Of a stretch of 64,000 bases of DNA, positions 1-12,933 are shown piece after piece. This stretch comes from Octopus vulgaris. Lineage: Eukaryota. The first letter of the stretch is position 1. Every line of letters begins with the position of its first letter. The position numbers and the translations under genes are program-made. A model generated the notes under the pieces. It did not search any database, had not been told where the DNA came from, and worked only from the letters and a program-made list of their open reading frames with translations. The stretch covers positions 65,038,001-65,102,000 of the forward strand of contig OX597828.1 in assembly GCA_951406725.2 (NCBI GenBank), read 5' to 3'.

Positions 1-404
1 ACTGCTTGAAATTTAAACTTTGCATGCCTTTCTTTTTATATTTTTTTATTTAAAGACAAAGGCCACACAGCCGTGTATTTTGTGAAGAACTGCGTAAACG
101 AGTCAAAACGAAAATGTACAAAATCGAAAATTAATTTTCTGTTCAGACGCAATATAAAATTTCAGAGTAAATAACTTCCACCAAATTAATACTGAGAATA
201 TATTTGCTAAGTTTTCAAGTTAACTAATTATCTCTATATACATATGTATTAAGTTGTTCGTTGTATCTTTATTTTTGAGCGCATTCGTCAACATACACTT
301 TCATATATGTGTGAGTAGTATAAATAAGTATGTAAAACACGGTAAATATGTGTTTTTTTATTCTGAAGTGTGTCATTGATTGGGAAACATTCGAGATACC
401 TTAC

Positions 405-443
405 TACGGTTAGTCGTGTGAGCCAGGAAAACTAATAGGACGC
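405..443 (-). other. Candidate 39-nt internal exon (unverified)
   Basis: Minus strand reads catttacag|GCGTCC...AACCGTA|gtaagg; length is a multiple of 3, and only phase 1 is open (xVLLVFLAHTTNR). No homology recognised. Confidence 0.25.
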
Positions 444-1387
444 CTGTAAATGTGTTTGGAATTTAATTTTTGAAGTAGATTTCTATCTACTGGAAAACTT
501 CCAACAGCATTGAAAGAATTAATCATCAAGCCAATACGCAAAAGAAAATTAAGCAAAAGACAATCACATAATTACAGACCTATATCCGTCTTCGTATACG
601 TAAAGAAATAAGTAGTTCGAAATTTCTTAATTAAGTAAAAGACAATCATTTCTTTAGTAATATTAAATGCTGATTTCGTATCATAGGGTGCTACTTCAGC
701 ATATTTTCACTTGAAGATTATATGTTTAATGTGTGATTTGAGGAGGACGAAATTTAACAAAACGGAGTGACATTCTGCTAAAGCTTTCGATAACAGTACT
801 TCAAATGAGTTTGTGTTTCAAACCAAAACATCTAAATATTCCAAAACTAGATGTTCGAATTGCAAGCTCCAAGAAAATCAGACAAGTAGTTACAATAAAA
901 TGTATACAAAGAGCATATACTCTGTAACCAATTAGATCCCACATAATATTTTTCTCGAATAGATTTTATTTTCCATCGTCAAATCAGAAACTACTGAAAG
1001 GGGAGTCCTTTGTTGTATTATAGGTGGCACTAAAATCTCACTTCAGAGAGAGACAGCGTATCTTACTCAGTGGCAACGCTCTAGCCTGGACTCTATACAT
1101 TACAGGTTAATGAATATTAATTAAGAATAACTTTAGTAGTTAGACGTTCTATAAAAAAGCAGAAATATATGCAGTGGAATATCCTATCCGAGAATTAGCC
1201 AAAATCAAACCATTTTCTGTCCAGTATTTTTGTATTTTGACTTACTGCTCTGCAAACCCCTATTGAAAACGGCCTGCAAAATTGTTCTATGAATTCTCAA
1301 GGACTACTTTATTCGCTAAAAACAATGTCTTTCACTAAATTAAGGCCTTCTATAAAACATCATGCTGATCATTAGATAATGTGAGCG

Positions 1388-1555
<168 letters not shown>

Positions 1556-3020
1556 AACGTTTGTTTATAATTACAAAGAAAATCTCAGAAGTAATAAAAA
1601 CATTGCAAGTGAACCTTGGTAAGCCGAGTTACTTGTACCTACGTAACTAATTTTTGTGCGTGGTCTTAAGTCAGCTGTGCTTTTCGACAAGCACCTCCTG
1701 CACGAAACCTTTAGGTATATACAATAGCTTTAAAGAAATAACAGGTAAAACAAAGTATATATATATATATATAAACTTCATTTCATATCAGAGAGTCCCA
1801 TCATCTATCTAGTGTCCTTACACAAAGTAAGGTGCGGAGGTTGTATATCAATACAGATCGTAATGAAACACAGTGGCTGTAAATCTCCGGGTAACCGAAG
1901 CACACTACATTAAAATACTAATGCACATCCTGAAAAACTGGAGTGAGCTGCATATATGGAAAAAACAAAATACAAACGGTTATGATAATGAAATTTTAAG
2001 TCTAAATTCGCTCACAATTGAATATTAGCAACTTATCCAGGACGAAATCTCAGTCAACAGTTATTTACGAGTCAATTTCATTTTAATTAATTCCAGCTAT
2101 TTATTTCTGTCTTTTATAAATTCTGGCATGCTAGTATGTTTTCATACAACTGTAATTTAATGCATTTTATTTGACGGTTCCGTCCAGTAAGCCATATCAT
2201 CTGATTTCTTTGTCTCTCTCTCTCTTCCTCTCTCTCCCTCTCACACACATACATATTCTCCCCCACACTAAAGTACTGCCTATTCCACTTTCTCACTATT
2301 TTTTTTTCTAACTATTTGTCTATATATGTAGATATCTATCTGACTAGCTACCAATCAGTTTATCTATACCGCTGACTATCTACCTATCTACTTTCTGTCT
2401 ATTTCTATTCGTTTAAACGATTACTCATCGCTGTCACCTATCTGTCAGTACGGTGAAGCAATTAAAACTTGGACTGGCAACTGCAATTTCTATTCTCTGT
2501 TACAATAAACTGATATTATTTTGGTATCTCGCCATTTTGCTAGTTCATTTCTTGCATTACATAAAGCAACATCATACACACGATATACATATATTGCCTG
2601 AGCAACAGCAACGCATTATCTCTGAATTTGTTTTAATATCATCAATGAATAACTGCTCATTTGATATGTTTCTGAATCCGGAAAATACGGAAATAAAATG
2701 TAACTCCAGACATTGTGTCTTCGAGGTAAAATAAATAGTTTGGATATACAGTCAGCACTTCTTTAGAGGGTGTATACTTATTAATGTATTAAGATTGTTA
2801 ATATGACTAAAGTTACGAATATGTAACAGCTAAGGATTTTTTTATATTAAAATGGTGGATATAATGTACATTCATGACAATTCCTCATCCATTTTATAGC
2901 TGTTTTCTTCCGACCTGATGATAAAGAAATATTGATGATTTTTTTTTTAATATTAAATTTTCCGTCTGCTTTTCTGAGTATATTCTTTCACGGAGATCGT
3001 AAATAGATAATAGAAATGTT

Positions 3021-3116
3021 TTAATCATCCTTCAAACAAATCTCCGCTTCTTGGATGTTGGGACATTTATAGCATTGTTCCTTGACCCAATCCTCCACAG
3101 ACAGAATCGCAACCGC
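3021..3116 (-). CDS. Candidate terminal coding exon, unknown protein (AVAILSVEDWVKEQCYKCPNIQEAEICLKDD* in phase 0)
   Basis: GC-richer island after the acceptor gtttatattttccag; 31 open codons ending in TAA; a GTGAGT donor lies upstream at 3691-3686. Other phases also give short open frames. Confidence 0.3.
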   Translation of the reverse strand, partial: AVAILSVEDWVKEQCYKCPNIQEAEICLKDD

Positions 3117-3882
3117 CTGGAAAATATAAACATATTAAATAGCAAATCTTATAGAGCGATCAATGTTTATGTCTTAGAAACATCAATTTAGACCGTATAA
3201 CAAGATATACAATGTATAAAACTTCAATTGTTTCTGACGCTGTCGATAATATCAAATGAAATTTTTATTTTAAAACCAAAATAAATTGATATTACCATTA
3301 TTCTTGATATAACTATTATTCTGATAATTCGTAGCAAAAGTACACTGTTGTCGGTTGAATACACAAGCGTAATATATTTTTAAAGTGCCTCGTTAAGTTA
3401 TAAAGTTTACTGCCGAATCCTCATCACCAGCAGATTGACATAAATATTTCAACATCATTATTATCGTCGTCAATATTACCATCACCATTCTAATATTAGC
3501 AAACATCATCGTTATAAATTGCATTTCACAAAAGAAAGTATAATATTGAGTAAAATGTAAGCATTGAAGAAATACATGAAACAGACTATCAAATTTAATT
3601 TTCCGAACTCAGCTTTCCATGATATTAGAAGAAACATAAAAATTTATATATAAACAAGCTAGCTCACATTAAAATTTACTGACGCACTCACATTTGCAGT
3701 CCGGGGTGATTTAAGAGATGAAAAGAAATCATTAACGTATTGCCGGAGATATGTTAGGATTTCTTCTCAAATATCCGTGTAAGTAAATATGTTTTAATGT
3801 GGTCCCGCTTATTTATGTATAAATTATTAGCAATATTGTTATTATAATAATAATTACTATTATTATTACTAATACGATAATA

Positions 3883-3885
3883 ATG

Positions 3886-3955
<70 letters not shown>
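3883..3955. repeat. (TAA)n tract at the 5' flank of R4/Dong copy 1
   Basis: Directly visible. Confidence 0.95.
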
Positions 3956-3956
<1 letters not shown>

Positions 3957-5112
3957 TCAGATACAAAGCATCATACTCAGTCACAAAACAGGCAAAGGAA
4001 TATCTAAGTGAATTCCGAATACAACCAATTTCGGAATTAGAGATAGATATACAAGAAACAAGCACAGAAAAAGCTAGGCGCATGAAAACCCGTGCCAAAA
4101 CTGCGGCCTTAGATATTCTGAATAATAAATGGCAAGAAAAACCTCTCTATGGCAAACACCCAAAGAGAGCGAATAATGCAGATATCGACAAAGCCCTGAC
4201 CCATCAATGGCTAATGGCCTCTGGCTTAAAATCTGAAACAGAGGGGTTTATCATAGCAGCTCAAGATCAATGCCTACCAACAAGAAACTACCAGGCCAAC
4301 ATATTAAAGATCAGAAGCAGTCCAACGTGTCGTGTATGCAAGCAACAAAATGAAACCATTGACCATGTGGTCTCCAAGTGCAGTCTTCTAGCGCCTACAG
4401 AGTATCTCAACAGGCACGATAGAGCTGCACAATATATATTCACTGGGTAATCTGTAAAAACCTGGATTTGCCCCATGAAAAAAACTGGTGGGAACACAAA
4501 CCACCCCCAGTGCTTGAAAATGACCACATCTCACTCCTCTGGAACTTCACCATTCAAACTGACAGGAAGATAGATGCAAATAGGCCAGACATCATATTGA
4601 AAGACTTCAAACAAAGAACATGCCTCCTCATTGATATGACTGTCCCAATCGATATAAACGTATCTGTCAAGACCTACCAAAAACTGAGCAAATATAAATA
4701 TCTTGAAATAGAAATCAGCAAAATGTGGAAGCTGAAGACTAAAACAATACCTGTTGTCATAGGTGCCCTGGGAATGATAGCAAAAGGGGCTGATAGCTAC
4801 CTAACTCAGATACCAGGAAACCCAAAAATGGCAGAAGTTCAAAAGATAGTGCTCATGGGAACTGCTCATATCCTACGCAAAATACTCTCTATGTAATCTC
4901 AAGGTTTAAAACAAACATAATTTTCGGTTTAAAAAAAAAAAAAAAAAACCTTTTTTTTTATTTTTAGACATTCATTAGTACAACATCCCCCCCCAAATAT
5001 ATGGCACACTAGGCATAACAACAACATGAACTTCCAACCCTGTTGTCTCTTGAGGTCTCTGGGTGAGACTTGGAGCCAACTTGTACAAATATAAAGCAAA
5101 AGTCAAACATAG
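3956..5112 (+). mobile_element. R4/Dong-like non-LTR retrotransposon, 5'-truncated copy 1
   Basis: Encodes CCHC knuckle CRVCKQQNETIDHVVSKC, RHD motif and restriction-like endonuclease RPDII...IDMTVP...KLSKY; ~215-nt 3' UTR; (TAA)n on both sides. Confidence 0.92.
4082..4896 (+). pseudogene. R4/Dong ORF C-terminus (Zn knuckle + RLE endonuclease), frameshifted
   Basis: A 2-nt AT insertion at ~4432-4440 relative to copy 2 splits ORFs 4082-4450 and 4468-4896. Confidence 0.9.
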
Positions 5113-5160
5113 AATAATAATAATAATAATAATAATTATTATTATTATTATTATTATTAT

Positions 5161-5201
<41 letters not shown>

Positions 5202-5217
5202 TTGTAATAATAATAAT

Positions 5218-5362
5218 ATGGCGTAGTGGTTAAGAGCGCGGGCTACTAACCCCAAGACTCCGAGTTCGATTCCAGGCCTCAATAATAATAATAATAATAA
5301 TGTGTTAACCACAAACAAGATGAGGACAAATATCCGTCAAATGTAAATAATGTAAATAATGT
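5218..5362 (+). mobile_element. tRNA-derived SINE remnant within (AAT)n
   Basis: A-box TGGCGTAGTGG and B-box GAGTTCGATTCC, no tRNA acceptor stem; internal (AAT)n; ends in tgtaaataa repeats. Confidence 0.65.
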
Positions 5363-5544
5363 ATTATTATGAAATATATTTGCCACCTAAATGTGGCTAA
5401 CCCGTAAGGGTTGATGCTACTGTAGCCTGTAGCCCGAGGAAGGCATCTCCTCCAGCTGGCTATTGACACACTTTTTGTGCCCTATCAGAATTTGCAAAGA
5501 GAAGTCCTCGTTCCCATTTCCAGCCTGACGTGACACACACGGAA

Positions 5545-5705
5545 GGAGTAAATCGATTACACCGATTCTAGTGTTCAACAAGTACTTTTTTTATTGACCC
5601 TGAAAGGATGAAAGGCAATCCGACAGCGGTGGCATTTGAACGTGAAATCAGAAGAAATGCAACTAAGCATTTTTCCGGCGAGGTAACGATTCTGCTAGCT
5701 CACCG
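5545..5705 (-). mobile_element. SINE family A, decayed
   Basis: Reverse match to 31941-32173 (gaaaggatgaaaggca...ttctgctagctcaccg). Confidence 0.75.
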
Positions 5706-5990
5706 TTTGACTAGAGTTGAAACATTGCAAGAATTGCAGAGTGAGGAGTTGTTTATAAAGTAGAAATAGTATGTGTGTCAGATGCTTTGTTTGATTAAAC
5801 CTTGTAATGTGGATCTGTGGCAGTGGGGTTCGAGATTCATAGGTGTGGAGATGTGTAGTAATTTGTATACCTACACATTTAGACATGAACAAGGAAGAAG
5901 ATTCACTGCTGGATGACAAGTGGTTGATATAATTTGGATCATGATAATGTGAAACGTTAACTGTTTGGTTCTAGTTTATATAGGAGATGT

Positions 5991-6143
5991 TGGTTTCGTA
6001 TTTTGGTACACGGCCAGCAATCTCGGGGTAGCGAGTAAGTCGATTACATCGACCCCTGTGCTCTATTAGTAATTATTTTATTGACCACGAAAGGATGAAA
6101 TGCAAAGTCGAACACGGCAGAATTTGAACTTAGAACGTAAGGA
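5991..6143 (-). mobile_element. SINE family A, partial; near-copy of 8492-8643
   Basis: Core gaaaggatgaaatgcaaagtcgaacacgg shared with the 8492 copy. Confidence 0.8.
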
Positions 6144-6719
6144 TGTGTAGATTAATGGTTGAATATGAGAATGCAACTTTGAATAACTTTTGAATGTTAA
6201 CTGCTTTTGCATCTTGAAATATATATGAACCCCAGATAAAAAGATAAATTGAGAAAAATATCCCATCTATATATTGACAACTTTACTTAGGCATTATCAT
6301 CAGCATTGCCATGGTTGAACCAAACCGCAACAGATTTAGAACAAACAAAAATATAAATAAAAGGGAATACAAAAAAAATAATTATAGGAAATTCTAAAGT
6401 TGGAAAGCGTGGTTAGAAAATATAGATCTAATTACAAAAGATAGATCATCCTGTGGATCCAAGAGGTACTACTCAGTATTAAACTCACCAATAAATATAG
6501 CAGCAACAATATAAATAACGCAAAGCTAGTCATCACGGGCATGATGATAACAGACACAAACATCAGTATCATCAGCATAAAAGGAATAGTACTGTATTTG
6601 CAGCAGTTACTGTAATTACAAGGGAAACTGAAGACTTCTTCAGTTGTACTCATAAAATAATATCAAAATCAAGTCAGATAATATATTAAAAAATATACAA
6701 AATATGAGACAAAAAAGAG

Positions 6720-7380
6720 AACAGATCTCGCTAACGTACATGAAATCGATAAGAAATGGGCACAACTGAGAAGGGAAGTGAGACGAATGCTACAAAAACA
6801 TCACATCAGCGAAAGTGCCATCGGAAATCAAAGATTGCCTGAAACATGAGATCCTCGCTAAATCTCAAAGAATCAATCGGTACGAAAATGACAACGATGT
6901 TTTTTTTTCTCACAAAACAAAACGATTTCTTACCAACGCAAAATAATTTCATAAAACATTTGGTAAAAATAAAATAGAAACCTAGTAAAGTATTATAAGC
7001 AAGAGAAGTAGAATATGAGGCAGAAATAGAGACAATAAAAACATCACTGCGGGATTGCTCGAAAGAACAAATACATAATCTGAACAATTGTGGCAGGACA
7101 TAGCAAGAGATATAAGAAAGTATCTCAGGGATTGCAACAATCAAAGCCCGCGAAAAATGGGCAAACTGATGTCAGAAGAAATGTTTTTTCAGGTACTGAC
7201 GGAGTCGAGGAAAACACTTGACTCGCTTATAATCCGCAAGAGAAAAACAGCAATCCTATGGAAACATAACCTGTTTCCTACAATCTACAAAGCCTTCGCA
7301 CCAATAATATATACCAAGCTACAGAAAAAAATCCAATTTCCAGAAAAGAAAATGAAAAGCTTCAGAAGCTTATATGGATT
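6720..7380 (+). pseudogene. Highly decayed R4-like ORF remnant
   Basis: KWAQLRREVRRMLQKHHISESAIGNQRL aligns by eye with EICQLDRKIRKLLTMHRMHHPKADTERL of copy 3; many stops. Confidence 0.35.
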
Positions 7381-7489
7381 ATAGGTGTGAACAACACATT
7401 AGTAAATGGCAAACAATTTGGTAGATACAGAAAGAAGTAGAAACTATAAAAATAAAAGCCATTTTTATAAGATATGAAGTCTACTGCTA

Positions 7490-7756
7490 CTTGCACTCCG
7501 ATCGACAGACCAGCCTAATCATGAAATTGAATTGCAAGTGGTTGAGCACTCCACAGACACGTGTACCTTCAATGTATTTCTCAGGGAGATTCAGCGTGAC
7601 ACAGAATGTGACGAGGATGGTTCTTTGAAATACAGGTACACTTCATGTTTGCTAGCTGAGAGGACTGGAACAACGTGAAATAAAGTGTCTTTCTCAAAGA
7701 CGCAACGTGCCGCCGGTAATCGAACTCACGTCCTTACGATTATGAGCCGAATACCC
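7490..7756 (-). mobile_element. SINE family C with alternative tail
   Basis: Head/core reverse-matches 33558-33700 (caacgtgaaataaagtgtc...cttacgat); the 3' part differs. Confidence 0.75.
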
Positions 7757-8491
7757 AAGGCCTTCTCGAAATTGAAGTACAATGGAGTCTTTATTCACCT
7801 ACGACGTCTCCGCCTCGTGTTAATACCTTTTAATTGACATGTTAAGCTGGAACTGAACACGGATACAAATACTATGACTCGATAATTGAGTATCTGTATA
7901 TACATAATGAGTTATTTGCAGCTTAGGATAAAGGGCAAGAAATATTCCTGCACATGTTCGAGGATTCGACAGAGAAAATGTTATGGGACTCAAATAAGAA
8001 AAAAAAATGCTCTATGTTAAGAAAAGCAAAAATAAAGAGTGCAAAAATAAATACAGTAATTATGAGGCTAGATATAGAAGTAGAAAAAAAACTGAGATGA
8101 GAAATATTTAGAATTAAAGAAATAGACAGACCACGACAAACACGAATTGAAGAAAAATCACCAGGAAACATTATTATAAAAGTATTAGTGTAGTTCTTAA
8201 AACACAGATAAACGCAAAATATAAAGTAAATCGGCATCAATCGATAATGTATCTGTTCTTGAAATAAATTATAATTATAATATCCTCAATTGAATGCCAA
8301 ATAAACAAACAAGACTAGACAGGAAAACAAAAAAATGACTACATTTAGAACACACCGCCCACAACTTCCTGTACAATGATCATTTTTATCGATAATGTAA
8401 AATGATTTTATGCAACTAGGAAGTCATTATACATTGTCCCCCATTAGGAAAACAAAATAATCTGATAAAGAATAACGAAAACACTAATACT

Positions 8492-8705
8492 GGTTTCGTA
8501 TTTTGGCACACGGCCAGCAGTTTCGGGGTAGCGGGTAAGTCGATTTCATCGACCCCTGTGCTCTACTAGTAATTATTTTATTGACCACGAAGGGATGAAA
8601 TGCAAAGTCGAACACGGTAGAATTAGAACTTAGAACGTAAGGACGGACGAAAGGTTGTTAAGCATTTTGCCAGGCGTGTTAGCGATTCTACGTGCCAGCC
8701 GCCTT
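8492..8705 (-). mobile_element. SINE family A, older copy
   Basis: Full head-to-tail match to the family; flanked by diverged TSD copies at 8473-8491 and 8705-8723. Confidence 0.85.
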
Positions 8706-8723
8706 AATGAAAACACTTATATT

Positions 8724-8937
8724 CTTTTCTACTCCAAGCACAAGGCCCGAAATTTTGGGTGAGGGGGCCAGTCGATTAGATCGACGCCAGTACGCAACTG
8801 TTACTTAATTTATCGACTCCGAAAGGATGAAAGGCAAAGTCGACCTCGGCGTAATTTGAACTCAGAACGGAAAGAGAGACGAAATACTGTTTAGGATTTC
8901 CCCCGACGTGCTAACGATTCTGCCACCTCGCCGCCTT
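8724..8937 (-). mobile_element. SINE family A, younger copy with 18-bp TSD
   Basis: TSD aatgaaaacacttatatt at 8706-8723 and 8938-8955. Confidence 0.9.
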
Positions 8938-9889
8938 AATGAAAACACTTATATTGATATTAGTATCTGTCCATAAAATACAATATATAGATTGTAACGA
9001 CGGAGAATTATTGAAGAAAAAAAATGGAAGCCAACAGCAGGAATTTATCAGATACATAACTACTGTTACATAGGTACCTTGAAGTGAGCATCGGAAGAAA
9101 ATAGATGATATTTCGCATGTTGGAGCAACACGAGAGAACAAAGCGTCAAATGTTCTAATGTTATCTTGTTTTCCTTTGCATTACAAATATCAAACCTATA
9201 ATGACAAGTCCGATACTATTATAATGATCATGCGTCACGCAAAATTTACTCCAGATCAATTATATAGAATATAATATCAGAAATAAGAAGTGATATCCTA
9301 ACAGTAGACTTATATGCCAGATGTGGAAATATAAAACAAAACATTCACATTCCCTGAGGATTCATTTATCAAAACGATAATAAGCAGATGACAAGATGAT
9401 TAACCTGGTTAGTCATCATGTCGTTTGAATATTATCGTTATGATACACAAGATTCTATACAGCTTTATGCCATAAATAAATTTGTGAACTGCATCTGTAT
9501 TACGGATTACAAACAAACATTATACAATTCATCATGATTTGCAAATTATTCTCTCCGCTTATTGTAAAAGCGAACAATCGATAATCAATTAATCTATATT
9601 TAGTTGATCCACTTACTAATCAATCACGATAATCTGAAACCAGACCAATTATACTCATTTCCAAACATACTATGAAAAGATAGCAGTTTATCGTTTATAG
9701 TCATTTTCATGTACGTATAATTAATACGCATAGAAATATTTAAACATGGATATATGCAAAGATGAACGGATAGAAAGAGAGAAGTAGCTACATACATAAA
9801 TACATACATACATACATACATACATACATACAAATGACAAGCCGGAACTAGTTGCCGGAAGTTAAACATGTCTTTCTCAGTACGTGAAG

Positions 9890-10320
9890 ACAGTATTAGC
9901 GAGCTAGTCAAGCAGCGTTTGACGTGCTCAGTTATCAACGACAGGAAATGGGACACTCTGAAGGGGTCGATTAGATGTGAGCGTACAGTACTTCGTATAA
10001 AGCTATTGATACAGAGGAATAGGACTGAAAGGGTCTAGTTAGATAAGATCGAAGAGGCGATTAGTAAAAACATTAGAAACGACGTGCTAGCAGCGATCTT
10101 TTCTTCAAAGCAAAATACGAATGCCTCGTTGTCAGATTTAAAGGGCTAACGCCAAAACTATGCCTTGGGACAAATTTTACAAGGAGGGAAGTGACGTTGG
10201 TCGCGATTGTCCCAGACACGGAATGATAGTGAAACAGTTCTGTACAGACTCGTCAGTACCCAACCATCGTTGACATGTGAAGTTATATTGATCACAAACT
10301 GTTGATGTAGAACGTATCCA
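9890..10320 (+). pseudogene. Decayed Tx1/L1-clade ORF2 C-terminal (zf-RVT-like) fragment
   Basis: With frameshifts reads GSDVGRDCPRHG-DSETVLYRLVQYPTIVDM*SYIDH, resembling the CPxC..ETxxHxxxxC motif. Confidence 0.5.
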
Positions 10321-10348
10321 TCTATTATCTATTATTATTATTATTATT

Positions 10349-10683
10349 GAGTGAGAGAGCAGTTCATGCCATCAAAGTGACACAGGGGTAAAATATACGA
10401 AGCCCAATATACCCATCATGACTACCCGTCTGATGGGTACATCAGGCACATGCATCACAACCATATGTGCACGACATGGTGATCTCATATCAAGATAAAC
10501 AGCACATAACCTTGCAGGTGGGGCCCAGTTAGAATTTTCTTCAGGTTGAGTAGCCCATCCCGCTCAAAAGGTCCCTGAATAAGGGTTGTTTAAGGATGTT
10601 GAAAGAACCACCCATGTTTCCAGAGGTGAATTATTCAAACCCCAAAGAATCCCTCTCAACACATGGCTATGATGCTCCCCCAC

Positions 10684-10684
<1 letters not shown>
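10349..10684 (-). mobile_element. Non-coding retroelement segment between (ATT)n tracts; same family as 50810-51270
   Basis: Reverse-complement similarity to 50930-51270; TAA-type repeats on both sides. Confidence 0.85.
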
Positions 10685-10735
<51 letters not shown>

Positions 10736-10794
10736 CATTACTATTATTAGTGGTGGTGGTGGTGGTGGTGGATTAGAAGAATCATTAGAAGAAT

Positions 10795-10945
10795 AGAATG
10801 TGTTGTGTTACTTGTTCCGACTCTTTACGCTCTCAGTTTTGCTTTTTGTCCTTTCTAGATCAACAAAATAAAATATCAGACAAGCACTGACGTCTATCTA
10901 ATCAACGCATCCCTTTCCCCCAAATTTCCGGCATGTATTTGCCTT
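10795..10945 (+). mobile_element. SINE family A, very decayed
   Basis: ttttgctttttgtcctttctagatcaacaaaataaaatatcag core. Confidence 0.5.
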
Positions 10946-11619
10946 AATAACAATAATTATTACTATTCTTCGCTGTGGACGAAGTCAGTGTGTATTTCAC
11001 ATGTCTTCAAAATGCAAAATTCAGGAAATATATTATTTTTAATTACTTAGAAACTTTGGAATTTGGCAAATACACCCTAACAACGTTTAGACGAACGAAT
11101 GATGTTTGATCTTATACAAGATATCTTTCGTTATTTGACTGCACACATTAGCAAAATGGCTTCAAATTATAATAACTACGCCCTACGAAAGAAAAAAAAA
11201 TGAAGCCTTCTGCATCACCTAGAGAACAAGGGTATCTGGTAACATGAACATATTGTAAAGCACGGCGTACTTCTCGGGAACAGTTTTAGCAAGTTTATTG
11301 ACAACAAAACAATAAAATTAAACATACAGACACACAACCTTTTGCCAAGGGGAAACATTAACAAATCAGATTGAAATTAGATACGCACAGATCACATTCT
11401 GCAACATGACTGTGACAAAATTTATTAAAGGAGATTCAGAAATGGATAACAAAAGTATTTATCTACATTCTACTTATAAATGAATGAAAATTTCTCTATA
11501 TTCTCAAAGAACAATATATGGGAATCTCTAACAGATCTCTGGACTAACGTCTTGTTCATGGAGAAGTTAAAAATTTCAAGTTTATGTCAAAACCTGACTG
11601 ACCGTTAATACTGAATGCA

Positions 11620-12310
11620 AGGCACAGTACATGGCAGTGGTGTTCGCATACCAGTTTATGTGAGAGCAATAACAAAAGGGTGGCAGACAGAGGCATTGCA
11701 AGTGAGCAAGACCCTAGTTCGTTATCACCTTTGCAATACATTATGTGTGATAGTTCAGTACATGTAACGTAGAACAACATGGCGTCGGACATTGCTTGTA
11801 TATGTAACAAATACTTATCACTCCTCAGTATCTAACGTCCATTGCGATAGTGTACCACACAGTGGGCTCTCAGACAAATACGATCAGACTAATGGCACAG
11901 GACAAAAACTCAGATAATATAGTGGTAGCAAAAGAGTTCTGTCTGTGCTTAACCCTTGAAGAGTTGCAGAAGCGAGAAAGAGACGACGGCGAAGAACGGC
12001 AGTTACCACCTTCAAGGGACCGTAACTCAGTTTGAGTAGCACCACCAGTCGTACCATCAATTTCGGCTCTAGCTTTTGATGGCATAACGACTCTGCATCT
12101 TCCTAGGAGCAAACATAGACACTCTCCCTTCCTGCAGTGCAAACCAATCGACTAGTGATGAGAAAGAGAAGTTGAAAGAATAGCAAGGAGGAGAATTTGC
12201 GGAAGAGGGCATCAGAGGCGACGCAAACTAAGAAAAATGAATTCAAAAGTAGAAAAGTGAACTCAAGGAGAATCATTAAAATAAAAGTCAGTTTCCGCAG
12301 TTTTATTCTC
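11620..12310 (+). mobile_element. GC-richer decayed retroelement segment, possibly Tx1-like ORF1
   Basis: Composition shift; broken frames with charged and Pro-rich stretches; family not securely recognised. Confidence 0.25.
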
Positions 12311-12355
12311 ATAACGCCTCAAATAACTGAACCGCCAGTATGACGTGTTGCATTG

Positions 12356-12357
<2 letters not shown>

Positions 12358-12425
<68 letters not shown>
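12358..12425. repeat. (TA)n microsatellite
   Basis: Directly visible. Confidence 0.95.
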
Positions 12426-12427
<2 letters not shown>

Positions 12428-12799
12428 CTATTAAAAGGGATGTAGCCTTTTTCTCTACAGAAAAAAACTCCATCAGGAATAGTATATTAAAAGAACCTTT
12501 ACGGTTAAAATTATAAATATCTTATATATTTTCTAAAGCAATATACTGCTTGTGTTATTCGCTTCCGCTGTTTTCCAGAGGCACGTGTGAGTATCTCATA
12601 TATTCTCTCGTAAGCTTAACTGAAGACGAACGAACACTTATGGTGTTGATTCCGAAATTGATTCAATATTAAAATAACGAAATTTAAATGTTCCAAAGGT
12701 AGAGTTGCCCGCATCTCAGTTCAACTTTCTGTAGCAAGTAGATTAAACGTGGATTTCAGTATATTGGCTTTAGAAAACTTTCTTTAGCCCTTGCTTATA

Positions 12800-12843
<44 letters not shown>

Positions 12844-12933
12844 CCATATAAGAAAAACAAACATATGTATATATATATATATATATATATGAAACAATAA
12901 GGATAAGAAAAGCAATACGCGGGAAAATTTATT

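Noticed and set aside
2910-2935. Hammerhead core CTGATGA-taaa-GAAA
   Set aside because: No stem II, and no stem I/III pairing
5425-5450. HDV-like ribozyme on the minus strand (GCC-UUCCUCG-GGC)
   Set aside because: P3/L3 look-alike only; no matching P1, P1.1 or J4/2
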